Source: Planctomycetota bacterium
GTDB taxonomy: Bacteria; Planctomycetota; UBA1135; GCA-002686595
Direction: 5' to 3'
DNA: 64,000 nucleotides
Assembly: GCA_014238415.1 (NCBI GenBank)
Contig: JABABA010000024.1
Span: 499-64,498 of the forward strand
Positions within the stretch are counted from its first letter, which is position 1, and each line of letters opens with the position of its first letter. A program made the position numbers and the translations under genes. The notes beneath the pieces are model-generated. The model was not told where the DNA came from, searched no databases, and saw nothing but the letters and a program-made list of their open reading frames with translations. Shown one piece after another: positions 19,866-28,824 of the stretch.

Positions 19866-21806
19866 TTAGACTTGAGTGGACTGGGCCAGGTTGGAATGGG
19901 CTGAAGCAGGTGCAGGATCTTCATCGTTGCGGCAGCGGATCAGTTCCATGAGGTCTTGATAAAGTGCTTCCAGAGTCCCTTCAGCCTTACGGCGCACAGG
20001 CTCTGGTTGGGTATCGTGGCAGAGTTCTTCCTGTTCGCGAATGCGTCCGTTGACCTTCAAGATTTCCAGTTCGTTTCTGCACTTCTTGAGATCATCGAGG
20101 ATCCTGCCCGTTCTCTCGGTCAACTCATCATCCCCCTCGAAGGTCGCCTGCAAGCCCGCGACCTTGGCCCTGATGGGCTGATCACCTAGTTCGTTCAGGA
20201 CCAGATCAAGGCTGGGATCCTGATCAGAGTCCCAGAGGGATGCCATGGCATCGAAAAGGGGGCGCCCAGGGTCCTCCAGAGGCAACTCTTGGTCCAAGAC
20301 CGCACGCACCCGTGGAAACAGGCCCGGGTCATTGAGCACCACGCTGAAAAGGGCCGCAAGAGCATGGCGACTACGCTTCTCAAGCTGCTTGACAGTTTGC
20401 GCATCCTCAAGACCGACCTTGCCTGCCCCCTTGGGAGAAGATGCCATTGGAACCATGGTGGCCCCAGAAATCTGGCCTGGAACACTTTTTACCCTCGGCC
20501 CCGCGCCCTTGCGCTCACGGTACTCCGTGCGCAACACCTCGAGAGGATAGTCGAGGCCCTCAGCAATCCCCTTGAGAGCCTCATCCTGCAGCAAGCCCCC
20601 CGAAAGGGCCGCCACCATCTCGAACATCTCCCCAATCCCGCGTACGCGTTCGGAACCCGACAAGGGCTGCAAGCCAGCGATCATGAACTCAAGCCAGGGA
20701 CGGCCCATCTCCAGACGAGCACTCATGCCCGAGACGCCCTCATTGGCCAGAATGTCCGCAGGATCTTTCCCGTTGTCCAGAGGCACCACAAAGATCTCCG
20801 TGTCCAACCCCAAGAGCCCCTTGAGAGCCTTGTGGGCAGCCTTGCGCCCTGCATCATCCCCATCGAACAGGAGTTGCACCTGCTGGGCCCCCGAGCGCCG
20901 CACCAGACGCGCATGGGCCTCGGTGGTCGCCGTGCCCAGCACGGCTGCAGCCTGCAGGAACCCACCCTGATGCAAGGACATCACATCGGTATAACCCTCC
21001 ACCAGAATCAATTGCTTGCTTCGCTGTGCATGGCCCAGTGCTCGATCAAAACCATAGATCACCCGGCCTTTCTTGAACCAGGGCGTCTCGGGAGTGTTGA
21101 CATACTTGGGCCCCTCCTCCCCGGGCATTATGCGACCGCCGAATCCCACCGTTCGGCCGCGCTCGTCCCGAATGGGAATCATCAGACGATGGCGAAAGAA
21201 ATCATAGGGCCTCCCATCGCGGTCCCCGATGCGCACAAGTCCCACGGCTTCAGCCAACTCCAGGGTTGCGTTCCCTCGCCCCCCGAGCAGGTCACTGATC
21301 GGATTTCCGCCGGCCATGTTGCTGGCAGGGGCGTAGCCAATGCCAAAGGCCTCGATGGTGCTGGCCTCGTAGCCACGACTTTGGAGGTACTCCCGTGCGG
21401 CACGGCCGCTGGCACCCCTGAGGGCCTTTGAGTAGATCTCCTCCGCCCGAGCCAGGAGCGCCAGACCAGGTTCTTCGTGCTTGTTCTCCGGCCCCCTCCG
21501 CTTGGGCAATTCGACGCCTGTACGCTGAGCAGCAAACTCCACCGCCTCCATGAACCCGATTCCCAGGCGGGCGCAGATGAGATCAAACAGATCTCCGCCC
21601 TTGCTGCAAGAGCCAAAGCAGTACCAGAGTCCCGGATCTGGTCCGATCGCAAAGGAGGGCGTGCTCTCCTCATGCAGGGGGCAGGTGGCCCACAAGCGAT
21701 TGGACTTCTGCGCAGGCTCTTTGCCCCATTCGCGGATCATGGCTTCCGGCGTAAGCCGGGCCTTGATCTCTTCTAGCGAGCGCTTGAATTCAGGATCGGG
21801 GGACAT
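19866..21806 (-). CDS. dnaG: DNA primase
   Basis: It has the zinc finger CPLHEESTPSF...CFGSCSKGGD and Toprim motifs LILVEGYTDV and LLFDGDDAGRKAA. It lies immediately upstream of rpoD. Confidence 0.95.
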   Translation of the reverse strand: MSPDPEFKRSLEEIKARLTPEAMIREWGKEPAQKSNRLWATCPLHEESTPSFAIGPDPGLWYCFGSCSKGGDLFDLICARLGIGFMEAVEFAAQRTGVELPKRRGPENKHEEPGLALLARAEEIYSKALRGASGRAAREYLQSRGYEASTIEAFGIGYAPASNMAGGNPISDLLGGRGNATLELAEAVGLVRIGDRDGRPYDFFRHRLMIPIRDERGRTVGFGGRIMPGEEGPKYVNTPETPWFKKGRVIYGFDRALGHAQRSKQLILVEGYTDVMSLHQGGFLQAAAVLGTATTEAHARLVRRSGAQQVQLLFDGDDAGRKAAHKALKGLLGLDTEIFVVPLDNGKDPADILANEGVSGMSARLEMGRPWLEFMIAGLQPLSGSERVRGIGEMFEMVAALSGGLLQDEALKGIAEGLDYPLEVLRTEYRERKGAGPRVKSVPGQISGATMVPMASSPKGAGKVGLEDAQTVKQLEKRSRHALAALFSVVLNDPGLFPRVRAVLDQELPLEDPGRPLFDAMASLWDSDQDPSLDLVLNELGDQPIRAKVAGLQATFEGDDELTERTGRILDDLKKCRNELEILKVNGRIREQEELCHDTQPEPVRRKAEGTLEALYQDLMELIRCRNDEDPAPASAHSNLAQSTQV

Positions 21807-22304
21807 GCTGGGTGCCGGGAGGGATCGGCAAATGAATTAGCCTGGGCTGTAACCACCAGGTGATGATTTGGGGACGTTCTGTTTCGTTGAGGCCACAACA
21901 CGTGCTCGCAATGACCCTTGGATCAAGCGCTGAGGCTGGATCTGGGAAATCAACGCACAAGCGTGACGACCTGAGGAATGAAGTCGTGGTCCCTGGCGTG
22001 TCTCCGACTGCCCAATGCGTCTGGAGCCAGCTACGCCTTAGTGAAACCCAACTGGGAGGAAAAGTTCGAGTGGCGAACAGGGCCTTATGTGCTTGCTCCG
22101 GCTTTTTGAGGGAGTCCAGGGGGGTGGACAACCCTTGCTTTTGAGGGACAGCAAACACGCTCCCAGTTCACGCAAGATTAGCCCATTCTCGGGGGGTATG
22201 GAACCAATGGAACAAGATTCATGGAAGTTCCAGAAGACCCTTCGCATCCGTTCAGGTCCAGGGAAACGGGCCAAGAGGAGCGGCAGAAACCAGTTGGAAA
22301 TAAC
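21807..22304. other. ~500-nt non-coding island with lower G+C (candidate ncRNA or long leader; unassigned)
   Basis: There is no credible ORF on either strand. One 60-nt line (22201-22260) counts 29/60 G+C, against 37/60 in the adjacent rsmA/FGE coding line 23221-23280. A 10-nt direct repeat TTTTGAGGGA (22104-22113, 22139-22148) flanks the hairpin gtcca-gggggg-tggac (22114-22129). Confidence 0.5.
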
Positions 22305-23195
22305 CTAGGGCGGCTCTGGAGCCCCCAGGACGGGGTTCAGCTCCCGTGCCAGTGCCTCCCAGCCCTCCAAGGTCACCGCCCCCACACGCAAGCCCGGGTC
22401 CAGACCCGCCTGTTTCAAATGTGCGAAAGCTGTCTCCCTATCGCCCACATGATCCCCCAGGACCCTGCGCAGGACCTGGCGTCGACGCTGCAGCAGGCCC
22501 GCAGCCAGATCGCGAATCTCAACCCGAGCCCGCTGGGGCAAGAGGGGGCTGCGCAATTCGCCATGCACCAGTCGGCTCTCCACTTTGGGCCTTGGACTGA
22601 AAGCCCCGGGAGACACTCTCCGCCCGGCGCGCATCTGAAAAGCCAACTGCACCGCCACGGAGAGGGGGCCAAACTGGGGGCTGCCCCCACTGGCGCTCAG
22701 ACGCTCAGCAACCTCGTTCTGCACCAGGACACTCAGACTGCGGGGAGGGTTTGGGTGATTCGCGATCAGAGCCAAGACGGGGCCGGAGATCGAATAGGGC
22801 AAATTCGCCACAAGGTGCCAGTCCCCTTCAGCGGGAATCTGGGCCAACAGTTCCGGGCCCAGAGCGTGCTTGCCCTCCAGAGCATCTCCCAGGATCACCT
22901 GAGCATCAGGGTAGGGGCGCAAGAACTCTGCCGCGATGGAGGCCAAACGGGAATCCACCTCGATGCAATTGAGCTTGACTCCGGCGTGAGCCAGATGCAC
23001 CGAGAGAAACCCAAGTCCTGGACCGACCTCCAGGACCTGATCTCCCGGAGCGACCCCCGCATCGGTAACGATGGCGCGAGCCACATTCTCATCCAACAAG
23101 AAATTCTGCCCCAACCGTCGCGAGGGCCGAAACCCGGCGGCATCAAGAGCGCTCTTGAACTCGCTCCAGGGCGGGCGACTGGGACGCTCGCTCAC
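22305..23195 (-). CDS. rsmA: 16S rRNA (adenine1518/1519-N6)-dimethyltransferase
   Basis: It has LGQNFLLDENVARAIV, the SAM motif VLEVGPGLGFLS and VANLPYSISGP. Confidence 0.93.
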   Translation of the reverse strand: MSERPSRPPWSEFKSALDAAGFRPSRRLGQNFLLDENVARAIVTDAGVAPGDQVLEVGPGLGFLSVHLAHAGVKLNCIEVDSRLASIAAEFLRPYPDAQVILGDALEGKHALGPELLAQIPAEGDWHLVANLPYSISGPVLALIANHPNPPRSLSVLVQNEVAERLSASGGSPQFGPLSVAVQLAFQMRAGRRVSPGAFSPRPKVESRLVHGELRSPLLPQRARVEIRDLAAGLLQRRRQVLRRVLGDHVGDRETAFAHLKQAGLDPGLRVGAVTLEGWEALARELNPVLGAPEPP

Positions 23196-24175
23196 TGCTC
23201 GGCCCCGGCGCGCAACCAGCGGATTCCCTTGGACCCTTGGGTTTCAACCTCCAGGCCTCGGAGCAACTCCAAGGCCGGTCGCCCCCAGCGACGCCCCACT
23301 CCACGCACACGGGCCTCATACCTGGAATCGGAGAACTCATCTTTGTGTGCCAGCAGCCAGGATCTCGCAGCGCAGACTCGACGCATGCCAAGATCGATGG
23401 CCCGATGCCGGGGGTCGAGGCCGCGGGCCAAAATGCCCGCCTCTCCATGCAGAGCCCTGGCGGTCTCCAAGAATGACCCTCCAACCGCACACCCAAGTTC
23501 CGACTCACCGCCTCCGCTCAATGTCACCCCCTCGGGCGGTTGATCCAGACACCACTCCCAGACATTGCCCTCCAGATCAGCGAGCCGGGAGCCGGGAGTG
23601 CGTCCAGAAGCGAAGGTCCCCACCGCTACGGAACGGCCAAGCCCCACCTCCAAGGTGTTCGCCGCCGAGGCCATGCCCCGGGGGCCATAGGGATGCGGCT
23701 GGCCCCGGGACCCGCTGGCACACCAAAGCCATTCAGCCACCGTGGGCAAGCGCATCTCCTCCAGACGGGCGAAGCTCAAGGCCTCGGCACGATTCATGCC
23801 CACTGCGGGCAGGTTCGCCTGCTCGGGTCCCCATTCGCCCCAGGCCTGACTGGGCAGCGGCTGGCCACTTGCAATCCACTGACCCCGCGTCACCTCAAAC
23901 AGGTCCACCAGCAGACCCCCGCCACCAACGGGATCGCCCCCCTGGGCCACGATTCCCACCTGACGAAGGGAATGAGCTCCTGCGGGCACGAAAGCCAGGC
24001 GTTCGATACTCAAGAGCTCTTGAGAATCGCCGCCCTTGGAAGCATCAGAGCCAGGAGAGCAAGCAGCAAAGAGCACAACCACAAGCAACAACCCCGGCCC
24101 TGTCTCGCAAGACAGGAGCGGGGTGTTTCGCTCGAGCAGGCAGCAAAACAAGTTCCGCCCGCGCAGGGAATTCAT
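23192..24175 (-). CDS. FGE-sulfatase (SUMF1-like) domain lipoprotein
   Basis: It has RLPTVAEWLWCASG, GNVWEWCLD and GGSF motifs. ATG 24175 gives a signal/lipobox-like N-terminus (...LLVVVLFAAC). Confidence 0.8.
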   Translation of the reverse strand: MNSLRGRNLFCCLLERNTPLLSCETGPGLLLVVVLFAACSPGSDASKGGDSQELLSIERLAFVPAGAHSLRQVGIVAQGGDPVGGGGLLVDLFEVTRGQWIASGQPLPSQAWGEWGPEQANLPAVGMNRAEALSFARLEEMRLPTVAEWLWCASGSRGQPHPYGPRGMASAANTLEVGLGRSVAVGTFASGRTPGSRLADLEGNVWEWCLDQPPEGVTLSGGGESELGCAVGGSFLETARALHGEAGILARGLDPRHRAIDLGMRRVCAARSWLLAHKDEFSDSRYEARVRGVGRRWGRPALELLRGLEVETQGSKGIRWLRAGAEQ

Positions 24176-24232
24176 CACACGGTCACCACCCATACAACCG
24201 ATCATCTTGATCAGAGGCTAGTGACGAAGGAC

Positions 24233-24961
24233 TCACTCTCCAGCATCCGCAACGAAAATCTCAACGCGGCGATTGAGGCGCTTGTTCTCGGCGCTGTCAT
24301 TGGGGCGCAGAGGCTTGTGGGAACCAAATCCCATGACCACTACATCCTTGGAGGCGATCCCTTTCTGCTCGAAGAGCAGCACTGCAACCGCAACTGCGCG
24401 CTCGGCGGACAGCTGTATGTTGCCCTTGGGGAATTTCTTCAGGGTTGCGGGCCTCTTGATCGGGTCAGAGTCCGTGTGCCCACGAACGAGGATCTGGCCG
24501 TGGGGCGAGGCCTTGATCCCATCAGCCACTCCCTTGAGAGCTTCTATCCCCTTCTGGCCCAAGTCCGCTGAACCAGACGCGAAGAGCAGGTCATCACGGA
24601 TCATGGTCACATAGCCCCCTTCCACTCGGAAAGTCTCGATTTCCCCCATGGGCCGGTTCAATTCTGAGATGCGCAATTGAAGCTCATCGATGCGGGCCTG
24701 GGCTTCAGTGTCAAAGCCCGCTTCCTGAAGACCGCGCACATAGGCGTCCTGGGCTTCGCTCAGCAGTCGGTGGTTCTCTGCCGTCAACAGTTGGTTCTCA
24801 TTCTCAAGACTGTGCACCTGATCCTGGTACATCTCGGCCAGGCTGGTCGCCTTGTCGTAATCCTCCTGACTGACGACGCAGGAGGACAGTAGTGGTGAGA
24901 AGAGAGCGGCCAGCCCCAGAAGGGCAATGCGGCTCATGCGCGGTGTGCGGTGCTCGGTCAT
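24233..24961 (-). CDS. OmpA/MotB-family peptidoglycan-binding lipoprotein with coiled-coil linker
   Basis: ATG 24961 gives MTEHRTPRMSRIALLGLAALFSPLLSSC. The C-terminal OmpA_C motifs are VRGHTDSDP...LSAERA...NRRVEIFV. ATG 24937 is an alternative start. Confidence 0.85.
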   Translation of the reverse strand: MTEHRTPRMSRIALLGLAALFSPLLSSCVVSQEDYDKATSLAEMYQDQVHSLENENQLLTAENHRLLSEAQDAYVRGLQEAGFDTEAQARIDELQLRISELNRPMGEIETFRVEGGYVTMIRDDLLFASGSADLGQKGIEALKGVADGIKASPHGQILVRGHTDSDPIKRPATLKKFPKGNIQLSAERAVAVAVLLFEQKGIASKDVVVMGFGSHKPLRPNDSAENKRLNRRVEIFVADAGE

Positions 24962-25335
24962 CTTGCTTCGAATCCTGTTGTTACGTTGTGGCGACTGAGA
25001 ATCGCCTTGCAGGCCAGGCTGGCACCAACCCTGTCCTCCCCTCGTTCGTCCCCCTACTCCAACCCAGGAACAAGGGAGCAACGCGGCCCATGGTGCCGAC
25101 CGCCTCACGCATGCGAGTGTAGGAATCCGAACAGGCGAGTCCCAGTACGAGCCCGGCATTCTCTGGGGCCCAGGAGGATCCCAGACAAAACGGGCCCGGC
25201 GAGGTACTCAAGCCCGGTTGAAGTTCGTGAAAACCGCTAGGGCAGGCATGCAGAGGCGCTGGATTCCTGGCCAGGCATACGGATGATGGGCATCAGGGTC
25301 GCCCTACACGCCGCCCCTCAACCGCCGCGGAGGGC

Positions 25336-25875
25336 CTAGTTGAAGTCGACGCCGAACAAGCCGCCCACCGCCTTGGCGGTGCCCGAGACCGATCCAGAAG
25401 CCAGGGACATGGCCACGGCACCGAAGAGAACCATCAGGCCAACGGAAGCCAGCAATGCTCCCAACAGGGCGGGGTGCATCTCTTCCTCCTCTTCTTCTAC
25501 CACGGCGGCGACGGGCGGCAGGTCTTCGATCTCTTGCTCGTCGTCCAGATCAATCTCGCCTACATCTTCGATTTCGTCCTCTAGCAGGGTGTCGATGTTG
25601 CTGATCTCCTGGGTGGCCATACCGCTGTCGTCATCGAGTTCATCGCCTCCAAGGTCGTCATCCTCAAAGACCAGCTCCTCACCGGCATCACCCAGATCAA
25701 CCACCTCGCCACCGAGCTCAAGGCGCAGGGCATCCACATCACTCTGGCGCAACTTCATGGTTTCGCCCTTGCGGAAAGCGCGGATTTCGCCTTCAGATAC
25801 CAGACGCTTGAGTTCCTCCTCTTTGAGGCGCAAGTCGTCTAGGGCTTTGTCAAAGCTGATGAACTCGTCAGACAC
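25336..25875 (-). CDS. hypothetical protein: N-terminal excisionase/MerR-like HTH, poly-acidic linker, C-terminal TM helix
   Basis: It has the N-terminus (GTG start) SDEFISFDKALDDLRLKEEELKRLVSEGEIRAFRKGETMKLRQSDVDAL. This is followed by about 80 aa of D/E-rich sequence and then the hydrophobic stretch ALLGALLASVGLMVLFGAVAM. Confidence 0.65.
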   Translation of the reverse strand: MSDEFISFDKALDDLRLKEEELKRLVSEGEIRAFRKGETMKLRQSDVDALRLELGGEVVDLGDAGEELVFEDDDLGGDELDDDSGMATQEISNIDTLLEDEIEDVGEIDLDDEQEIEDLPPVAAVVEEEEEEMHPALLGALLASVGLMVLFGAVAMSLASGSVSGTAKAVGGLFGVDFN

Positions 25876-25984
25876 GGGGGGGCTCCTTGAATTGTTCCCT
25901 GCGGAAGGCAGGGGTTGGTGGGTTTAGGAAGAGTCAGCGGCAGGCCCAGAGGGCGCAGCATGGGAATTCTAGGGAAAACGAAGG

Positions 25985-26485
25985 TCAATCCTTATTTGAC
26001 AGTCCCTCGTCATTGAACATTTTTTCGAGCGCTTTGAAAGGCATGGGCCTCCCTTCTGATTCGGTCTTGTCGTTGAATCCGTCAAGGCGCAAATCCAATG
26101 AGATATTGCGTGCACCGACCAGGCGCACACCACGGGTTGACTTGGAACCACCAGAGGCCTGATAGACACATAGCTGGCCGGTGATCGTGTCCACCAGATA
26201 CAGCACGCTGGAGCCTGTCATGTCCATGCCCGTGACCGCAATCATGCGATCGTTCGAGTCGGCGGTAACGCCGGCACTCAAACTAGGGATGATCTGGGTC
26301 TCCGTGCCGGGTTCCGGATCATCCTGCAGAGCCGGACCAGCTCCTGCAACTGCCAGGGCCAGGAGGCCCAGGAGAGACCAGCCCACTGCTCGCGGTCCCA
26401 GCGTGCCTGCCGTGGCGACAGTCCCAGAGGTGGCGGGGCCGGCCAGCTTGGAAGCAGCCAAGGAAGTGGGATCGGGGGATCTCAT
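25985..26485 (-). CDS. hypothetical secreted/membrane-anchored protein
   Basis: It has an ATG start, a hydrophobic segment WSLLGLLALAVAGAG and a balanced C-terminal domain. I recognised no motif. Confidence 0.55.
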   Translation of the reverse strand: MRSPDPTSLAASKLAGPATSGTVATAGTLGPRAVGWSLLGLLALAVAGAGPALQDDPEPGTETQIIPSLSAGVTADSNDRMIAVTGMDMTGSSVLYLVDTITGQLCVYQASGGSKSTRGVRLVGARNISLDLRLDGFNDKTESEGRPMPFKALEKMFNDEGLSNKD

Positions 26486-26628
26486 TGGGATGGAATCAGG
26501 AACTGCGGGGCCCAGGCCGCGCGGAATTGGGCTGCCAGTCTAGCCTGAAACACCCGCCCTGTTTCGCTTTATGCGCTCCGAAACCTCTGAGCATCGGCCT
26601 CTACATCCCCAGCGGGACAAACAGGACC

Positions 26629-27603
26629 CTAGAGGCCGACCACATCCCCGGTGATCTCCTCTACCAGGTCCTTCAGGGCCACCAGGCCCAGGGGCTTGTC
26701 CAGACTGCCGACCAAAGCCATGCGGCGGCCACCTCCACGCATGCTCAGAAGGGCCGAGGCAATAGGGGTCTGGGGCTCCAACGCCATCAGGGGTCTGAGG
26801 TGTCCCATGAGATCGGTCTTGGAGGCAGCACCCAGCACCTCAAGCAGGTGCACATAGCTGCGCACAGTCCCGTCCTGCCCCACCACCGGCAGGCGTGAGT
26901 GCACCGCATCGGTCAGCACGGCCAAGCGCTCGGACTCACTGGATCCCTCCTGCAGGCACTCCACCTGGGCCCAAGGAGTCATACAGCGCTCCACAGGGGA
27001 AGAGCGCAGACCCATGGCATTCCGCGCAAGATCCGCGGCCCGTGGGGGCAGGGTTCCCTGACGGGCGCCCTCCTCCAGATAGCTCGCCACCGCCGAGCGT
27101 CCCCGCAGAAACACGGGCCGTCCCGCGCCCAGTCCGAACATGCGGCCCAGGATCCAGCTGACTCCGGTCAGAACCCGCTCCACGGGCCAAAAGACAATAC
27201 GAGAAACGATCAGCAGGGGCGTAGCTGCCCCCAGCATTCTGTGGGGTCTGCGACGGAAGAGTTCCTTGGGCAGGACCTCGCCAAACAAGAACACAGTCGG
27301 AGCCAACACGGCGGTGACAATCAGAGCGCCCACGGCAGGATTGGATTGACCGCCGCCTACTAGGTTGTCCGTCAGACCCGACGCAAGTTCCAGCATCAGA
27401 TTGTTGCCCACCAGAATGGTGACCAACAGGGGACCGTCCGATTGCACCAGCCAATGCAGAATGCGCGCCAAGGGCCGGCCTCCGTCCGCCTGCAACTCCA
27501 AGTGCACCCGCGAAAGACCATAGAGCGCAGTCTCGCTACCGGAGTAGAGAGCACTGCCCAACAAGCACAGGAGCAGGGCGGCAAGTGTGATGGGGTCACT
27601 CAT
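26629..27603 (-). CDS. CNNM-family transporter (DUF21 + CBS pair, no CorC_HlyC tail)
   Basis: It has MSDPITLAALLLCLLGSALYSGSETAL (DUF21) followed by a CBS pair. Its ATG overlaps the upstream stop (ATGA). Confidence 0.85.
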   Translation of the reverse strand: MSDPITLAALLLCLLGSALYSGSETALYGLSRVHLELQADGGRPLARILHWLVQSDGPLLVTILVGNNLMLELASGLTDNLVGGGQSNPAVGALIVTAVLAPTVFLFGEVLPKELFRRRPHRMLGAATPLLIVSRIVFWPVERVLTGVSWILGRMFGLGAGRPVFLRGRSAVASYLEEGARQGTLPPRAADLARNAMGLRSSPVERCMTPWAQVECLQEGSSESERLAVLTDAVHSRLPVVGQDGTVRSYVHLLEVLGAASKTDLMGHLRPLMALEPQTPIASALLSMRGGGRRMALVGSLDKPLGLVALKDLVEEITGDVVGL

Positions 27604-28820
27604 GCCCTGGGTACTCCTGCCAGATAGAGGTCCACGGTCCAAACCCTGCGTCGACGCACCTCGCTGACTTCACCCACCAGACCGCCCCCCAGTTCTGCGC
27701 GATCGCCCACCCTGGGCAGGCGATCCAAAGCAGCCAATACCAGTCCGCCCACGGTTTCAAAGGCATTGGGCACGACCTCGACACCGAGCAGATCATTCCA
27801 GTCCCGAATGGAGAGGTCCCCAGACACCCGGAAGCGACCCTCCCCGATGGGAATCACTGGACGCTCCACCTCTTCCCCTTCCACGCGCAACTCCCCAAAG
27901 AGCTCTTCAAACAACAGCTCCAGGGTCACCACTCCAGCCGTTCCACCCCACTCATCCACCACGATGGCCTGGGCCACCCGTCGTTCGCGCATGGTAGCCA
28001 ACATGGGCAAGACTCCGGCCATCTCCGGCACGAAGCAAATCGGCATGACTCTGGACTCGATGCTACGAGACGGATCCACCAAGAGCTCACGTACCCGCAC
28101 AACCCCCACCACCTGGTCCACATCCCCACGCACCACGGGCAACCAGGACTGCAAGAGTCTTGCGGCCTCCATGAGAACTGCCAAGCGCTCTGCCTCCGTA
28201 TCCTCCAGGTCAAGCATCAAGGCATCCACGCGAGGCGTCATGATTTCGCGCACACGCAGGTGCCCGAGTTCAACGATCTCCGCCAGCAGGTCCGCTTCCC
28301 CGGGTGCGATGTGTCCTTTTTTGGCCGATCGTTGCAGGGCCTGATCCAAATGGTGCACGTCGATGCGTTGCTCAGCGGCTTCGTCCTGGCCAAAGGCACG
28401 CAGAAAACCATCGAGCAAGCGATGGATCCCCCCGCCAATGGGTGCCAGCAGGGACACCATCAGACCCAGGGGAGGAGCCGCCAGACGCGCAACGCTTGGG
28501 CCGCTGCGTAGTGCCAGGGTCTTGGGCAAGATCTCTCCGAGCACCAGAATCGCCAAGAGGGCCCCAGCTCCAGTCAGCAACTGATCAGCTTCAAACAAGT
28601 GGGGTACGAGGGCAAAAAAGAGCACATTGACAAACAGATTGCCCAGCAGAATCGTGACCAACAGATCCCGGGGGCGATCAAGCAGGCGCTTGACCCGCAC
28701 ACCCGCTTCCTGGAGCCGACCGGGCTCCAGATTGAAAAACGCAGTTTCCGCGCCACTGAAGAACGCAGACAAGCAGAGCAGTCCCAGGGGGATCAGAATT
28801 GGAAGCCACTCGGTGTTCAT
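27600..28820 (-). CDS. CNNM/CorC-HlyC family transporter (DUF21 + CBS pair + CorC_HlyC)
   Basis: It has MNTEWLPILIPLGLLCLSAFFSGAETAFF, a CBS pair and a C-terminal transporter-associated domain (RFRVSGDLSIRDWNDLLG...ETVGGLVLA). ATG 28820 lies 4 nt after the HK stop. GTG 28832 is an alternative start. Confidence 0.88.
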   Translation of the reverse strand: MNTEWLPILIPLGLLCLSAFFSGAETAFFNLEPGRLQEAGVRVKRLLDRPRDLLVTILLGNLFVNVLFFALVPHLFEADQLLTGAGALLAILVLGEILPKTLALRSGPSVARLAAPPLGLMVSLLAPIGGGIHRLLDGFLRAFGQDEAAEQRIDVHHLDQALQRSAKKGHIAPGEADLLAEIVELGHLRVREIMTPRVDALMLDLEDTEAERLAVLMEAARLLQSWLPVVRGDVDQVVGVVRVRELLVDPSRSIESRVMPICFVPEMAGVLPMLATMRERRVAQAIVVDEWGGTAGVVTLELLFEELFGELRVEGEEVERPVIPIGEGRFRVSGDLSIRDWNDLLGVEVVPNAFETVGGLVLAALDRLPRVGDRAELGGGLVGEVSEVRRRRVWTVDLYLAGVPRA

Positions 28821-28824
28821 CAGG

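Noticed and set aside
21870-21895. A tmRNA-like 5' string, GGGGACGTTCTGTTTCG, in the dnaG-upstream island.
   Set aside because: There is no matching 3' acceptor/T-arm (GGTTCGAxTCC...CCA), no tag reading frame ending in a stop, and no conserved GAC after the UUCG.
21790-22274. Small ORFs inside the non-coding island (122 aa and 78 aa on the minus strand, 94 aa and 73 aa on the plus strand), checked as possible rpsU.
   Set aside because: None resembles ribosomal protein S21 (no basic KR-rich C-terminus or RRFK-type motif). Their compositions are atypical and they mutually overlap.
22040-22300. RNase P RNA-like fragments in the correct order: GGGAGGAAAAG (22054), ACAGGGC, ACAGCAAAC (22148) and GCAGAAACCAGTTGG (22283).
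   Set aside because: The near-universal GGAAAGUCC string is not matched. The putative P4 strands (AAGUUCGAG vs ACCAGUU) are not complementary. CR-II/III (GGGUGAAA, GUAAAC.CCACC) are absent. Only a covariance-model scan could rescue this assignment.
22221-24210. Plus-strand ORFs of 440 aa (22221..23543) and 379 aa (23071..24210) opposite rsmA and the FGE-domain gene.
   Set aside because: The minus-strand frames contain the RsmA SAM-binding and FGE motifs. The plus-strand products are Pro/Arg/Ser-rich and featureless.
25441-25700. An apparent DNA low-complexity or repeat tract (runs of tcc/tcg/ctc).
   Set aside because: It is the antisense of GAx codons encoding the poly-Asp/Glu linker of the HTH-acidic-TM protein, not an independent repeat element.
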